NCBI RefSeq assembly: GCF_006345805.1
Contig: NC_043009.1
Location: forward strand, 34,224,001-34,288,000
DNA length: 64,000 nt
Direction: 5' to 3'
DNA from: Octopus sinensis
Taxonomy: Eukaryota
Part shown: positions 1 through 11,532 of the stretch, piece after piece
Numbering within the stretch: the stretch's first letter is position 1
Layout of the letters: every line of letters begins with the position of its first letter
Notes under the pieces: generated by a model
What the model saw: only the letters and a program-made list of their open reading frames with translations
Told to the model about the DNA's origin: nothing
Database searches by the model: none
Program-made: the position numbers and the translations under genes

Positions 1-120
1 TCATTCTCAGTCATATTGGGATTCAAATCCCTTGCATTATACAGAAGGAAAGGTTGATTTGTACCGTACAAATCGTCTCAGATTTGTACGGCACAAAAGA
101 TAACAAATTTTTAACCGTAC

Positions 121-144
121 CTTCCACGTAAAGATGAAGTGGTG
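121..144 (-). other. Candidate 24-nt microexon of a minus-strand gene leaving the window
   Basis: Minus strand reads ttacctttctctgcatAG|CACCACTTCATCTTTACGTGGAAG|GTacgg: polypyrimidine acceptor and GT donor, length divisible by 3. Splice signals only, no homology. Confidence 0.25.
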
Positions 145-254
145 CTATGCAGAGAAAGGTAACTTACGAAACAGTCCAACAAAGACACACCAAGGAAAGT
201 GTTATGGGCTTAAGTTCTGTTGGAGTCCACTAGCTCAAATTGCAAAGTTTATTC

Positions 255-860
255 AGGACAAGCATTTTGGTGGTAGTAACGAGTAGTTCATATATATTAA
301 AATATATGTGCAATTATTTTTTTAAATTAAACCTAAAATACTTTAAAAGATATTGTCATATTAGATCAGGTCACTTGCTATGCAAGTACATCTCCGTATA
401 GCTCCGAGAATTTACATTAAAAAATAAAGATCTAAGATCGTGTGCTGAAACAAAAACAATTGCAACGTGGAAGGTGTTTACATGCCATTTAAAAACACAC
501 AAAAAACCGTTAGATTCACTTCAACATTTAAATTTAATTTGTCAAAATATTTTCGTCGCTTTGAAACCGCGACCTGTTCAGTGACAAAATTCCGTGCTGC
601 AAATTAAATTTAAATGCTGAAGTGAATCTAACGCGGTTTTTTAAAACTTATTTTTTAAATGGCTTATAGATACCTTCCACAGAGCAATTATCTTCTTTTA
701 TTTATTGTAAAATTTTATTCTGTTTGTACAGAAAGTAAAGAAACTTTCATTGATATATGACAATATCTTTTAAAGTATTTTAGGTTTAATTTTAAAAAAT
801 AATTGCACATATATTTTAATATATATGAAATACTCGTTACTACCACCAAAATGCTTGTCC

Positions 861-861
<1 letters not shown>
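255..861. repeat. Nested inverted repeats (outer arms 255-361/755-861; inner arms 467-541/600-680)
   Basis: ggacaagcattttggtggtagtaacgag...tattgtcatat is reverse-complemented at 755-861. gtggaagg...aatttaatttg is reverse-complemented at 600-680. No TSD seen. Confidence 0.85.
538..587 (-). ncRNA. Hammerhead-like motif, variant core
   Basis: Minus strand: TTTGTCA CTGAACA G GTCGC ggtttcaaa GCGAC GAA AATATT T TGACAAA. 7-bp stem I, 5-bp stem II and palindromic stem III, but G8 is C and the triplet is UUU. Confidence 0.4.

Positions 862-912
<51 letters not shown>
861..912. repeat. (TA)n(TG)n microsatellite
   Basis: Direct reading. Confidence 0.95.
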
Positions 913-915
<3 letters not shown>

Positions 916-920
916 ATATA

Positions 921-1076
921 TAAATGTAATATGTGACAATTATTCGCCAAGATAAAACTCTGAGTTTCGGATGCCGAGGTGGAAATTCACACCACCATCT
1001 CTTCAGTTATCCACCTCGGCATCCGAAACTCAGAGTTTTATCTTGGCTACCGAATAATTGTCACATATTACATTTA
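921..1076. repeat. Near-perfect hairpin, arms 921-983/1010-1076, 26-nt loop
   Basis: taaatgtaatatgtgacaattattcgccaagataaaactctgagtttcggatgccgaggtgga is reverse-complemented with one 4-nt bulge. Confidence 0.9.
951..1011 (-). ncRNA. Type I hammerhead ribozyme motif (PLE-type)
   Basis: Minus strand: GATAA CTGAAGA GATG...CATC C GAA ACTC A GAGT T TTATC. Intact CUGANGA and GAAA, 5-bp stem I, palindromic stem III, GUU triplet, one extra C at the base of stem II. Confidence 0.6.
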
Positions 1077-1147
1077 CAGATAAATTCCTCTATTTACATA
1101 ATGTTGAGGTCTCTTTCTTTCTTTCTTTTGTTATCTTACCGTTTTTA

Positions 1148-1212
<65 letters not shown>

Positions 1213-1482
1213 ACATTTTCAAACACAAATCCTTAAAACAAGTTTAACAAGAATGAACACCCAACGAGTTATTAATAATCATTGTCGGATAGAGAAATAA
1301 ATTGCAAATCAATGAAAGGCGAAGCTAATTGATCTTGTACGAGAACGTTCACCCGTCAACGTTACCAGGCGGATGCACAAACTTCCTTGTTCCGGATACA
1401 GAAAATAAACATCAACCTACTCGACCACTGGAAAACGCACTTCTTTTTCGTCGGAAATGAAACAGTAATTAACCCAACCTAC

Positions 1483-1600
1483 CTATCCATTACCGGGAAC
1501 GACCTGCCAGATTCATATCCTTAACTCCGCCAGTATAAACTTCAGCACGGCGAAAAGTAGCTCAGAAGAGATGCTGGATCGGTATAGAGTCAATGTGTCC
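1483..1600 (-). other. Possible first exon ending ATG GAT AG|gtaggt in CpG-richer unique sequence
   Basis: ATG at 1490-1488 and donor GT at 1482-1481. ETS-like acttcc/ttccgg motifs near 1381-1395. Stops in all three frames upstream of this ATG, so the exon would be mostly UTR. Confidence 0.2.
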
Positions 1601-1789
1601 TATTTACAATAAACACAATAGCATGGAGCTTCAGACACTCTCACAAGCAAGGGACAAAAGCACAAATACTTCTGATGGGTATTGGCGATGGGATGGACTT
1701 TTCCCTCTGTTGCTATCCCGCGGCTAATGAACACATAAACAAAGCACATACAGTACTTATGTGACACCGATATTACACATACACTCAAA

Positions 1790-2362
1790 GGTGACGAACT
1801 GGCATAGTCGTTAGTACGTAAGGCAAAATGCGGATCTTTTCGGTTTGAACGGCAGTTTTTTCTAGCGGTGTCATATGAAATTGTCACCCATAATTATGAC
1901 CCTAGTATCTATCTATTGCATTTCAATCTGTTTTAGGGTTAGGTTTAGGGATGGGGGGAAGGGTATCTTTTTTCTTCACAAATGTAAATAAACCCAATCT
2001 GTTTCTTAAACGAGGGACATATTCATATGGCACGGAATGTTTTTTACCTCAATAGACGTCAGTGATTAGTTGAAATTGCAGAAATTGAAGAAAAAAAACA
2101 ACAAATATCTTACAAACTATAGAATTTTCTCAATAAAGCCAAGAGAAAAAGATATTTTATAAACACATTCTACCAGTATACGAAGTTTAACATATTTTAG
2201 TTACCTAGAAATTATGTTAAAAACTGCCGTTCAAACCGAAAAGATCCCAAAATGCTTATCAGCATTTCGTCCGTCTTTATGTAGTGAGCGCAAATGCCGC
2301 CAAGGTCGACTTTGCCTTTCATCTTTTCTGGATCGGTAAAATAAGCGCCAGTTGAACACTGA
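1790..2362 (+). mobile_element. tRNA-derived SINE (ggcggcgagctggca family) interrupted by a MITE
   Basis: Head gacgaactggcatagtcgttag. Body ccaaggtcgactttgcctttcatc resumes after 2255. Same family as 3162-3391 and 13709-13942. Confidence 0.75.
1832..2247. mobile_element. MITE with ~28-bp TIRs (GGATCTTTTCGGTTTGAACGGCAGTTTT) and 8-bp TSD
   Basis: TIRs at both ends. TSD caaaatgc at 1824-1831 and 2248-2255. Confidence 0.9.
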
Positions 2363-3161
2363 CCACCACGCGAAAACAAGAACGGTCCCTCAGACAAGGT
2401 TTTATACAGCTTCTGCTTACCAATTTACAATCTATTGTAGAAGATATGTGTTTAAAAATGAGATCGAAATCGAAGTCAAATAGAGTAGAAGCTTGTGATG
2501 TAGTGGTTCCAGAACACTTCTGTTGAACAACAACTGTGAACGTTTAAGGCTAGAAATATTTTCAGTTCTGAATTGAAATGTCCTCGCTGTTTATGAAATA
2601 TATGGTAATAGTCAGGAATGTCTACCTAATTAGATAGACAAACCATATGAAAGGGAATTCACTCTATCTCTCTATCACTCTTTCTCTCTCTTTCTTTCTT
2701 TTTCTCTGTCTTCTTTCTTCCCTGTCTCTTCCTTTCAGCGTCCTCCTATCCGTTCTCATTCTCTATTTTTGTTCTCCTTCGTTATCTGGTTTTGTCATTC
2801 TGTCTATTCTATCACCTTTCTCTTTTTCTCTCTTACTGTTTCATTCTCACTCTTCCTCCGTTTTTGTGTCTCTTCTTTGGCTCTAATTTTCACTCGCACT
2901 CTCATTCCTTATTTCTCACGTCCTTGTTTTTCTGTCGCTTATCTCTTTTCTCTCTCTCCCCCTCATTCGTTCCCCCTCTCGTACTCTCTCCATTTCCCCG
3001 TCTCATACAGATAGCTATCACAATACAGACATGCACACACAAGACTCCTACAAAGTGCACGCATTAATTCACATACATATTGATATATAGATATAACTAT
3101 GGGTACACACAAGCATATATACACGTAACACATACAAACATTCCAATACATACATATACCT

Positions 3162-3391
3162 ATTTCTTTATTACCCTCAAGGGGCTAAACATAGAGGGGA
3201 CAAACAAGGACAGACATAGGTATTAAGTCGATTACATCAACCCCAGTGCGTAACTGGTGCTTAATTCATCGACCCCGAAAGGATGAAAGGCAAAGTCGAC
3301 CTCGGCGGAATTTGAACTCACAACGTAACGACAGACGAAATACCGCTAAGCATTTTGCCCGGCGTGCTAACGCTACTGCCAGCTCGCCGCC
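3162..3391 (-). mobile_element. tRNA-derived SINE, full length
   Basis: Head ggcggcgagctggcag with B-box-like gagttcaaattcc. 17-bp TSD aatacatacatatacct at 3145-3161 and 3392-3408. Confidence 0.9.
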
Positions 3392-3789
3392 AATACATAC
3401 ATATACCTTCTCCCTTTCACCCTCTCCCTTCATCGTCACCCCTCCCTTATTACCCCACCCTACACATTCCAACCCCACCATCCCTATACATCCCATCCCA
3501 CCCCTACCCCATCCCTTAGAACCCACCCTTGCTTCCCTCACTCTCGCCTTCCTCACACCCCAACACCACCATGCCACATCACACCATCCCGCACAAACTA
3601 GCACTGACCACTTCCCAGCATCCACACCATCATCCACACAGCTACACATGCACACATGCGCACGTCAAGGTCACCAGCCTCCTTCCACACGCATATATAC
3701 GCTCTCACAAACGCACGCGCACCTTCGTTTTGGGATCACCAATACTTTATTATCTCCCTTTCTTCCTAGCTCTCCTGTGTGACCCCTCT

Positions 3790-4035
3790 GTCCGGCACTC
3801 ACCTTGATAGATCGCTATCCACTAAACCTTTTCTATTTTCTCTCCCTGTTTATTTCTGTGTCCCTTTCTGTCGAAGAGCTTAGGCTCGAAACGTAAAAGA
3901 CTTTCTCACTTCCCGAGCGTTAAACCAATACATCTGTCTCTTGTTTACACACCCGTCTTCGTCTTTTGTTTGTTTTTTTTTTTTGTTTTGTATTTTTAGT
4001 TTTTTTTTTTTTTTTTTTTTGTAAATTCTCACTAC
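3790..4035 (+). mobile_element. Penelope-like terminal-repeat fragment (dispersed family)
   Basis: Shares gaagagc..gctcgaaacgtaaaagac and downstream sequence with 16915-17037(-), 22930-23140(+), 41650-41830(-) and 41960-42240(-). The PLE origin is inferred from the HHR-like motif. Confidence 0.5.
3864..3899 (+). ncRNA. Minimal hammerhead-like motif
   Basis: CTTT CTGTCGA A GAGC TTAG GCTC GAA ACGT A AAAG. 4-bp stem I, 4-bp stem II and ACGU palindrome in place of stem III. A6 is U and there is one extra A after A9. Confidence 0.5.
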
Positions 4036-4846
4036 ATACATAAATACTCGTACACACATGCACTCTTTCTGACTCTCCCTCCGAAACACATTTGCTCATT
4101 TTAGTGTATTAGACAGAGACAACATATAAATGTAAATGACTTAATATTGACGACAGCCAATTAATCAACTAATTAGACAATTAACTAATTAGGTTGGAAT
4201 GCAGTCTTAACAAGGTGACTGTTTACGTATTTCTTTTCTACTTTTTCAGAATTAATATAGTTTCCGCTTGTATAAATATGTGTATGCGTGTGTGACGTGG
4301 CGGCTAGAGCAGGAAAACAAAAAAGGAAGCACGGACGAAGTTGATCACATTGAGACCAATGCGTAAAAATAATATTGGTGTTTTTGTGCGTATATTTCAG
4401 TACGTTTATGCATTTAACTAGACATACAAGTTTAATCGTGTAGGTGTTTATGTGGTGTATGTTTGTGTGGATAGAAAAATACAAGAGAAAAAAGACATCT
4501 GTGGACCATTGATAAGAAGTTCGTAAATCCAATACCCAAGATACAATTTCAGCTTTATACTTATTATTATTGGAGCAACAAGATTCATACCAACCCGTCT
4601 GGAGCAAAATATGACTGAACCTGAGATCTTGGGATGAGAGGGCAAATCCTTAATTCATAGGCTACAAATGATCACGATATCTGAGACTACAAATATCTGC
4701 AAGACCTTCTTACGATTTAGCGGATGGCGAACAAAACAAGAAGCTTTTCTTTACAACCTTACTACCAAATATGTGATTGGTCAAAATGTACTTTAAGTTA
4801 AAAAGAGAAATAAAACGTACGGCGAAATTCTGGTTTAAGCAATCCA

Positions 4847-5199
4847 TATAACTTTTTTTATATTTTGGGGAATTTTCAGAAAACTTTTGCAAAATTGTGT
4901 TCTATGCACGGAAATTCACGCAAAATATATTTAAAAAAACTTTTAAACCTTGCCTCACCCACTATATCCTAAATCACTGTGGATAAATCCCAGCAATGAC
5001 CTCATGCTCCCCAATCCGTATGTGATCTATACGGATTAAATCTAATTTGAGCATCCGTAAGGATTAATGGTATTGTGGGGTGAAAATATTTTAATCTAAC
5101 TTATTTATCTATTTATTTTGCGTAGAGTTGCATGATCTAATGTGTAGAACACAAATATGCCTAAAATTTCCGAAAATGTCCAAAAGTAAAAAAGTTATA
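4847..5199. repeat. Degenerate ~350-bp palindrome (MITE/foldback-like) with central hairpin 5013-5037
   Basis: tataactttttt..., ttgtgttcta and acgcaaaata on the left are mirrored on the right. Centre reads aatccgtatgtgatctatacggatt. Confidence 0.55.
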
Positions 5200-5739
5200 A
5201 CCGGTTACATGGTATGCCTCGATCCACAATCCATAATAGACCGTGCGAATAGTTTTAACTTATTGAATTTGGATTTCAAAAATTATTTTAAAATTATCAA
5301 CAGAAACAAATGACAGATTCGGACTGTCTGTATTTTAAACTCTGATATTTTTTAGATATTCGAAAAAGATTGGTGATTCTAGAATTTATGGGGTGGGAGA
5401 AAATTTTTTAAAGTTAAAAAAAAACATTGCATCATCATATGAATTACCATATGAATTAGAGCACAAATTCGCAAAAAATTTCTGAAAATTCCAAAAACAT
5501 AGACGTCATCATCATTAAGAAAATTAACAAAAACTACAATAGAAATTTCTGTGTGGGAGAATGAAACGGAGAGTGGTATTGGTTTTTTTTTTGTGTTTTT
5601 TTTTTTTTTTTTGCGAAATCTGAGATAGGCCTTCTTGTGGCAGGCAAAGTAGTCCGTCAATTAGTCGACAACAATTACAGATAATTTTCGTATAACAACA
5701 ACGACAGCAGTCTGTCAATTATTTCTAATTAACAATCCG

Positions 5740-5850
5740 TGTGTGTGTGTGCGTGTGTGTGTGTGTGTGTGCGTGCTTGCGTGCGCACGTGCGTGCGTGT
5801 ATGTGTGTGTGCATGCGTGTGTGCGTGCGTGAGTGCGTGCGTGTGTGTGT
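5740..5850. repeat. (GT)/(GTGC) microsatellite
   Basis: Direct reading. Confidence 0.9.
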
Positions 5851-6202
5851 ACATATATTACATTCATATGTTAAACTTTGGTATTTTATCACATCGATTA
5901 AATTACCAGTACCTGTTAAATACAAAAGGAGTGCTGAACAGTTCCTGGCTTTAAGGGTATCGCGAAAGGCCTAGTTAGCGTCCCAGCCTTCCGAGTTCTT
6001 TTACAGGGTTTACAAAAACTGAAGGACCGCGCGCAATGAGGGTGTGAATCTGTGAGCAGAACACCTTGAAAAAAATCATCATAATTAACTGATCCTCCTG
6101 TATTTTCTGTTACCCAATGCCAGGAACTTTTCAGTACCCCCTCGTATTTATGATTCAGTTTAATATTCTGGCGGAGTTTCGAATCTGCATATCCACATAT
6201 AC

Positions 6203-6422
6203 TCTTTTATTCTTTTACTTGTTTCAGTCATGTGACTGTGGCCATGCTGGAGCGCCGCCTTTAGTCGAGGAAATCGACCCCAGGACTTATTCTTTGTAAA
6301 CCTAGTACTTATTCTATCGGTCTGTCTTGCCGAACCGCTAAGTTACGGGGACGTAAACACACGAGCATTGGTTGTCAAGCGATGTTGTGGGGGGGGGGAC
6401 AAACACAGACACACAAACATAT

Positions 6423-6459
<37 letters not shown>

Positions 6460-6624
6460 CGACTGGCTTCTTTCAGTTTCCCTCTACCAAATCCACTCAC
6501 AAGGCTTTGGTCGGCCCGAGGCTATAGTAGAAGACACTTGCCCAAGGTGCCACGCAGTGGGACTGAACCCGGAACCATGTGGTTGGTAAGCAACCTACTT
6601 ACCACACCGCCACTCCTACGCCTA
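6203..6624 (-). mobile_element. tRNA-derived SINE (aggagtggctgtgtggtaag family), full length
   Basis: Head with A/B-box-like motifs (ggttcagtcc), internal (TA)/(TG) tract and tail ...atgactgaaacaagtaaaagaa. Many further copies in the window. Confidence 0.9.
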
Positions 6625-6945
6625 TGTTGAATTTTCTCCGTTTTGACTGGAATTTTTCCGATTCTTTTTCACAGCGCCCTTAGAAATGATATGGGGCATC
6701 TATTTTATTTAATAAAAATTTTCGATGAAGTGATTCGAAGTGGAATTTGGCTTTTATTTTTAACATTTTGAATATCACAGAGACTCCCTCGTTCGATCAT
6801 GATGTTACATTTTTCTTTTTGTTGTCTCGCCCCCATTAATCTGAAATCGATTTCATATTACTCTTGCACTGTTAAAATGATATATTCTAATGTGTATAGC
6901 TTTGTTAAACTATACGTAAACAAATGAGTGGAGATGAGTATGCAT

Positions 6946-7370
6946 GGATCTTTTCGGTTTGAACGGCAGTTTTTAACATAATTTCTAGGTAACTAAAAAA
7001 TTTTAAACTTCGTGTACTGGTAGAATGTGTTTATAAAACATCTTTTTCTCTTAGCTTTATTGAGAAAATTCTATAGTTTGTAAGATATTTGTTGTTTTTT
7101 TTTCTTCAATTTCTGCAATTTCAACCAATCAATGACGTCCATCGAGGTAAACAACATTCTGTGCCGTATGAATATGTCCCTCGTTTAAGAAACAGATTGG
7201 GTTTATTTACATTTGTGAAGAAAAAAAGATACCTTCCCCCCACCCCTAACCCTAACCCTAACTAACCCTAAAACTGATAGAAATGCAATAGATCGATACT
7301 AGGGTCATAATTATGGGTGACAATTTCATGACACCGCTAGAAAAAACTGCCCTTCAAACCGAAAAGATCC
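6946..7370. mobile_element. MITE copy 2, opposite orientation to copy 1
   Basis: Same TIRs. Perfect 8-bp TSD gtatgcat at 6938-6945 and 7371-7378. Confidence 0.9.
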
Positions 7371-7932
7371 GTATGCATTTACTAAAGGTTTATTACTTTA
7401 GGTACAATAGGGCTTAAGCCGTCAGTTATTTTTGTATAGTTCCCTCAGACTCGTTTTATGCACGCTGCTATCATTCTTCTGTTATCGCTCTCAGCCCGGA
7501 AGTCCTCTTTTTTCCTGCTGACCAACTTCCTAGCTACCCCTCAGCGAAATATCTGTCTACAGTTCGGCTACCACGAATCCTATCCTACATAGCCCCCACC
7601 CCCCAGAACTGTAGACTGTCACTGGAAACAGGATGGCGTTTTTATTGTCCTGCCCCAACGTACCTGTAATTATTGAAGCACTGGGATATATAACACACTG
7701 CCAAAATACCAATCATGAGAAATTAGGCTTCTCAAAACAACAAAGGAAAAAGCTGATTCGAAGACTACAGATTCAAGCGTTCATTGGAACTAAAAAATCT
7801 GTAAAACTTTTCAGAAGTTTATCATTTAAATATATATGAACATGTCTAGAAATGCAACTATATGCATGAGAAACGAACGCGTACATAAAATACATGAGAA
7901 TATATACATAAAGCAAAACATACAAATCTGTA

Positions 7933-8790
7933 CATACATACATACATACATACATACATACATACATACATACATACATACATACATACATACTCTGCTG
8001 ATGTTGAAATTCCAATGAAGGAGCCTTGGATATGCATGCATACATACATACATACATGTCATTATTTAGTTTTATTTAAAGATTTCTTGCCAATAGAGAA
8101 AGAGCCATTTTCTAACCTACATCCAACATTTCTAACCTGCATGCATGCATGCATACATACATACATACATACATACATACATACATACATACATACATAC
8201 ATACATACATACATACATGGTGGCTGCCCCCTCGTTATCGAGTATGGCCATTGCACGAAGCTTAATCAATGTTGTTATCGTGCAATGCCTGTGCAAGAAG
8301 ATTTTTTTGAAGTGAGGAAAGGCTGTGCACTGAGTCAATCCCACTAATCCGAAAATAAGAACAAGTCGACATCATCGGTAACCACTGAGTTGCAGGTTTT
8401 ATGTCGGAGTTATCCTAGTTACCTGAGTTACCTTCTCCTAGAAGGATGCCCTAACAAAGGCTAGGAGTCCTTCACTCCCAATGGTTTAACCGCGCGATCG
8501 GGTATTCAGTCCGATTATTTCTATGTCCCCGCGCATGATACAGTCTTAAGGCATTTATTGGATGGCCGTTGACTCTCAAGAGTTCCTCCGCCCTTTGATG
8601 GGTTTTGTTTTTCATCCCGCAGGGTGTCCAATAAACACCCTCCTCACCAAGCAAGCTTGGTGGGGTTGCCGGTTTAGTCGCCGACGACCTGACCATGCAA
8701 CAGGTTGTACTGGGTTACATGTTACCAGTAGCACACGAAAGTGACCTGACATACACATACATACATACATACATACATACATACATACAT

Positions 8791-8821
<31 letters not shown>

Positions 8822-8822
8822 T

Positions 8823-8855
<33 letters not shown>

Positions 8856-9208
8856 TACATACATGCATACATACATACATACATACATACACACACACAC
8901 ATACATACATACATACATACAAACATACATACATACATACACACACACACATACATACATGCATACACACATACATACACACATACATACACACATACAT
9001 ACACACACATTTATACACATACACATACATACACACATACATACATACATACATACATACATACATACATACATACATACATACATACATACATACATAC
9101 ATACATACATACATACGGTTGTCGAACTTCTGAGTTGGAAGGGCATAAAAGAACCAGCATCGATTGTCAAGCGGTGGTGAGACACACACACGCACGCACA
9201 CACACACA

Positions 9209-9252
<44 letters not shown>

Positions 9253-9270
9253 TCACTCACTCACTCACAT
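7933..9270. repeat. Cluster of (TACA)n/(CA)n microsatellites (7933-7992, 8150-8218, 8750-9115, 9181-9270)
   Basis: Direct reading. These explain the many MYVC/HTYI ORFs. Confidence 0.95.
8218..8749 (-). mobile_element. Non-autonomous RTE derivative (5'-UTR-like part joined to RTE 3' end)
   Basis: 8224-8265 is identical (42 nt) to the 3' end of the RTE fragment at 34132-34173. The remainder carries RTE-5'UTR-like motifs (ccttctagggagaaggtaac, cataaaacc) and no RT. Confidence 0.55.
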
Positions 9271-10130
9271 GCACATACACACGTTGAGTTAATGAGGATC
9301 TATTGAAAAGATCGAATTAAATCAAAAGGGGAAGCACAAGTAAATAATTATATGCTACTACGTTAAGACATCGTACCAAAGGGAAAAAAATCAAGCAAAG
9401 AATTACGATGTTAAAAGAATCGACAGTAGAGAAGAGGTGTGCCAAGCTGTAGAACCATAGGTATAATTGGTAAGGGGATTTATTATGACTGATTGTGATG
9501 AAGAGTAAAAAGAGTTAAATGGCAACTTCTATTAGCCTCAGGATTTTGTTATCTCCTAAAACTGACGTGAACGATTCAATCCAGAACCTATCAATGCTTT
9601 GAATTATGCTGTAAAAGACATTAGTCAAAGAGACAATATCTTAAATTAAATTGTGTCGTGTATCGTGTATTGTTATATATCATATATAAGTGAAGATAAG
9701 GATTAAATTTACGCTCTTAAAGTTAACATATACGAAGAGGTTTAGTTTAATTACTTCAGAGTGATTAAATGAATAAATTATAGCTAAACGAGAGACATAT
9801 CAAATTAATATATAGAGAATTAAGAAAATTTAGAAAAGATTTAGCGGAATGAAAAATTAACTCATTGAAATAATTATAATTACAATACCTAGAACAACAA
9901 CAGTAATAACAGTAAGTAAACAGAACCAGATTAAGATAAGAATATAGAGAAATACAGATTGAGATAAGTTTAATTGGTTGGTTCAGGCAAACTCAGGCAT
10001 AAGTACAATTTAGGCATAGTATTAGGTAGAACAAGGTTATAATTGTCATCAAATTCATACATACATTATACTATTTTGGTTTATTTATAGGAATTAAAAA
10101 TTAAAATTCCGTGGAACGATTATTTTAAAA

Positions 10131-10335
10131 CGTAAAGTGTACTAGCCATCTGAATGTGGCTATCATAAGGGCACAGAAATTGTGTCTAAGGCCAGCTGGA
10201 GACGTCGATCTTCTGGGGCTAAAAGCGTCAGTAACACCCACCCCCAGTGGCTAGCCACATTCAAATGGCTAGTACACTTTACGTTGTCGAGCGGTTACTG
10301 TTTACATCTCGTTCGGAGATTTATTAATGATTATT
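10131..10335 (-). mobile_element. PLE-like terminal-repeat fragment with local inversion (arms 10131-10162/10252-10283)
   Basis: cgtaaagtgtactagccatctgaatgtggcta is mirrored. The reverse complement is homologous to the unit at 22241-22400. Confidence 0.55.
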
Positions 10336-11339
10336 TTAAAGCTATGAATGAAATAACCGTAGTCATACTAAAAAATATTTAGATTATGAAATCTTAGTAT
10401 TCCGAATCAGAACAGCGTTGAGATAATTATTTTACATTATAAATTGATTAAAATATTAATTAAATAATTAAGTAAATAAAATATTCATCCTTATAACCAG
10501 GGAAAATAATACAAATGCGAAATAGGCATTATTTAAAAGTATAAAAACTATTCTATTTATTTTATTGTATTTTATAGTCCTAATTATTCGATGTTCATCA
10601 AACAATAAAGAAATGTATGTATAGTTTACTTCATTCAAATTTATCTTGATGAATGGTAATTACGCATTATGTCAGAAAATAATTAAAGCAATTACGTTCT
10701 CTTTATAAGAATGGGTTTAAATACTAGAAAAGTTCTACGAGTAGAATTTGGGCATTCAATCCTCGATTCATGAAATTTATTAATAATGTGTTTTGAGCAT
10801 TTCAAGAATTTCCATACAACACAGATGGCATCCATAATGATCGCTAACATAAGACTTAACATGCCTAGCAATGTTCCACGATAAGTGAAATTCAGTTTTC
10901 TTTTCTTTTCAATTTCTAGATCTTTGCAGCTAGAGAAGTTAACGTTGCCTTATTTTTTCTTCGGAAAGTACGGAGATAGTTACGTAATCTTCGATTTGAA
11001 ATGACTTGCTGTGGTCCCTATGTATATGAAAATTCGTTGACTAGTCTTAACAGTGCACCTATGTACAATATTTTTAATCAAGAACTTATTGTTAAGCGGA
11101 CATTTTGTTTCTTACAGTTGCACAATTTCATTAACCTTGGTTAGGAAACTATGCGAGGTACATGACCGATTATATTAACCAGTTCACTGTTATCAATATG
11201 GTTACTATAAGTGTTGGTACCCTCAACATTTGTTTTATTGTTATCACTATTACGATGCTGTTGCGAAATCCTACTTCAGTTCTCCATAGTGGTGCAACAG
11301 TGACAATGGTCGTTCGCTAGCTATAGTAGCGGGGCGTAT

Positions 11340-11530
11340 GCACTGGCAGGTCCAACCAAACTACAAAGGTACCGAACTTTTAACTCTACGGAAGAACTAC
11401 CTAACGGAAGTGAGCACTTAGTCTATTCGCTAGAGGTTGGAAGCTAACTAAACTGAAAAAGTAATCAAATGTCCCAGGCCAAGTCCTCTTTAGTTGGGAA
11501 AAAAGCTAATCACCTACCCCCGTAGAAATC
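11340..11530 (+). mobile_element. RTE-like 5' UTR fragment
   Basis: Ends in gctaatcacctacccccgtagaaa, resembling RTE 5'-UTR motifs. Recognition from memory only. Confidence 0.35.
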
Positions 11531-11532
11531 AA

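Noticed and set aside
7665-7731. Minus-strand exon candidate (MIGILAVCYISQCFNNY, CAG|gtacgt) and nearby CCGGAAGT motif
   Set aside because: Single isolated splice pair with no homology. Joining to the 1600-1483 exon gives an immediate stop.
10920-10967. Plus-strand 48-nt exon candidate
   Set aside because: Splice-like signals only, no recognisable peptide or partner exon.
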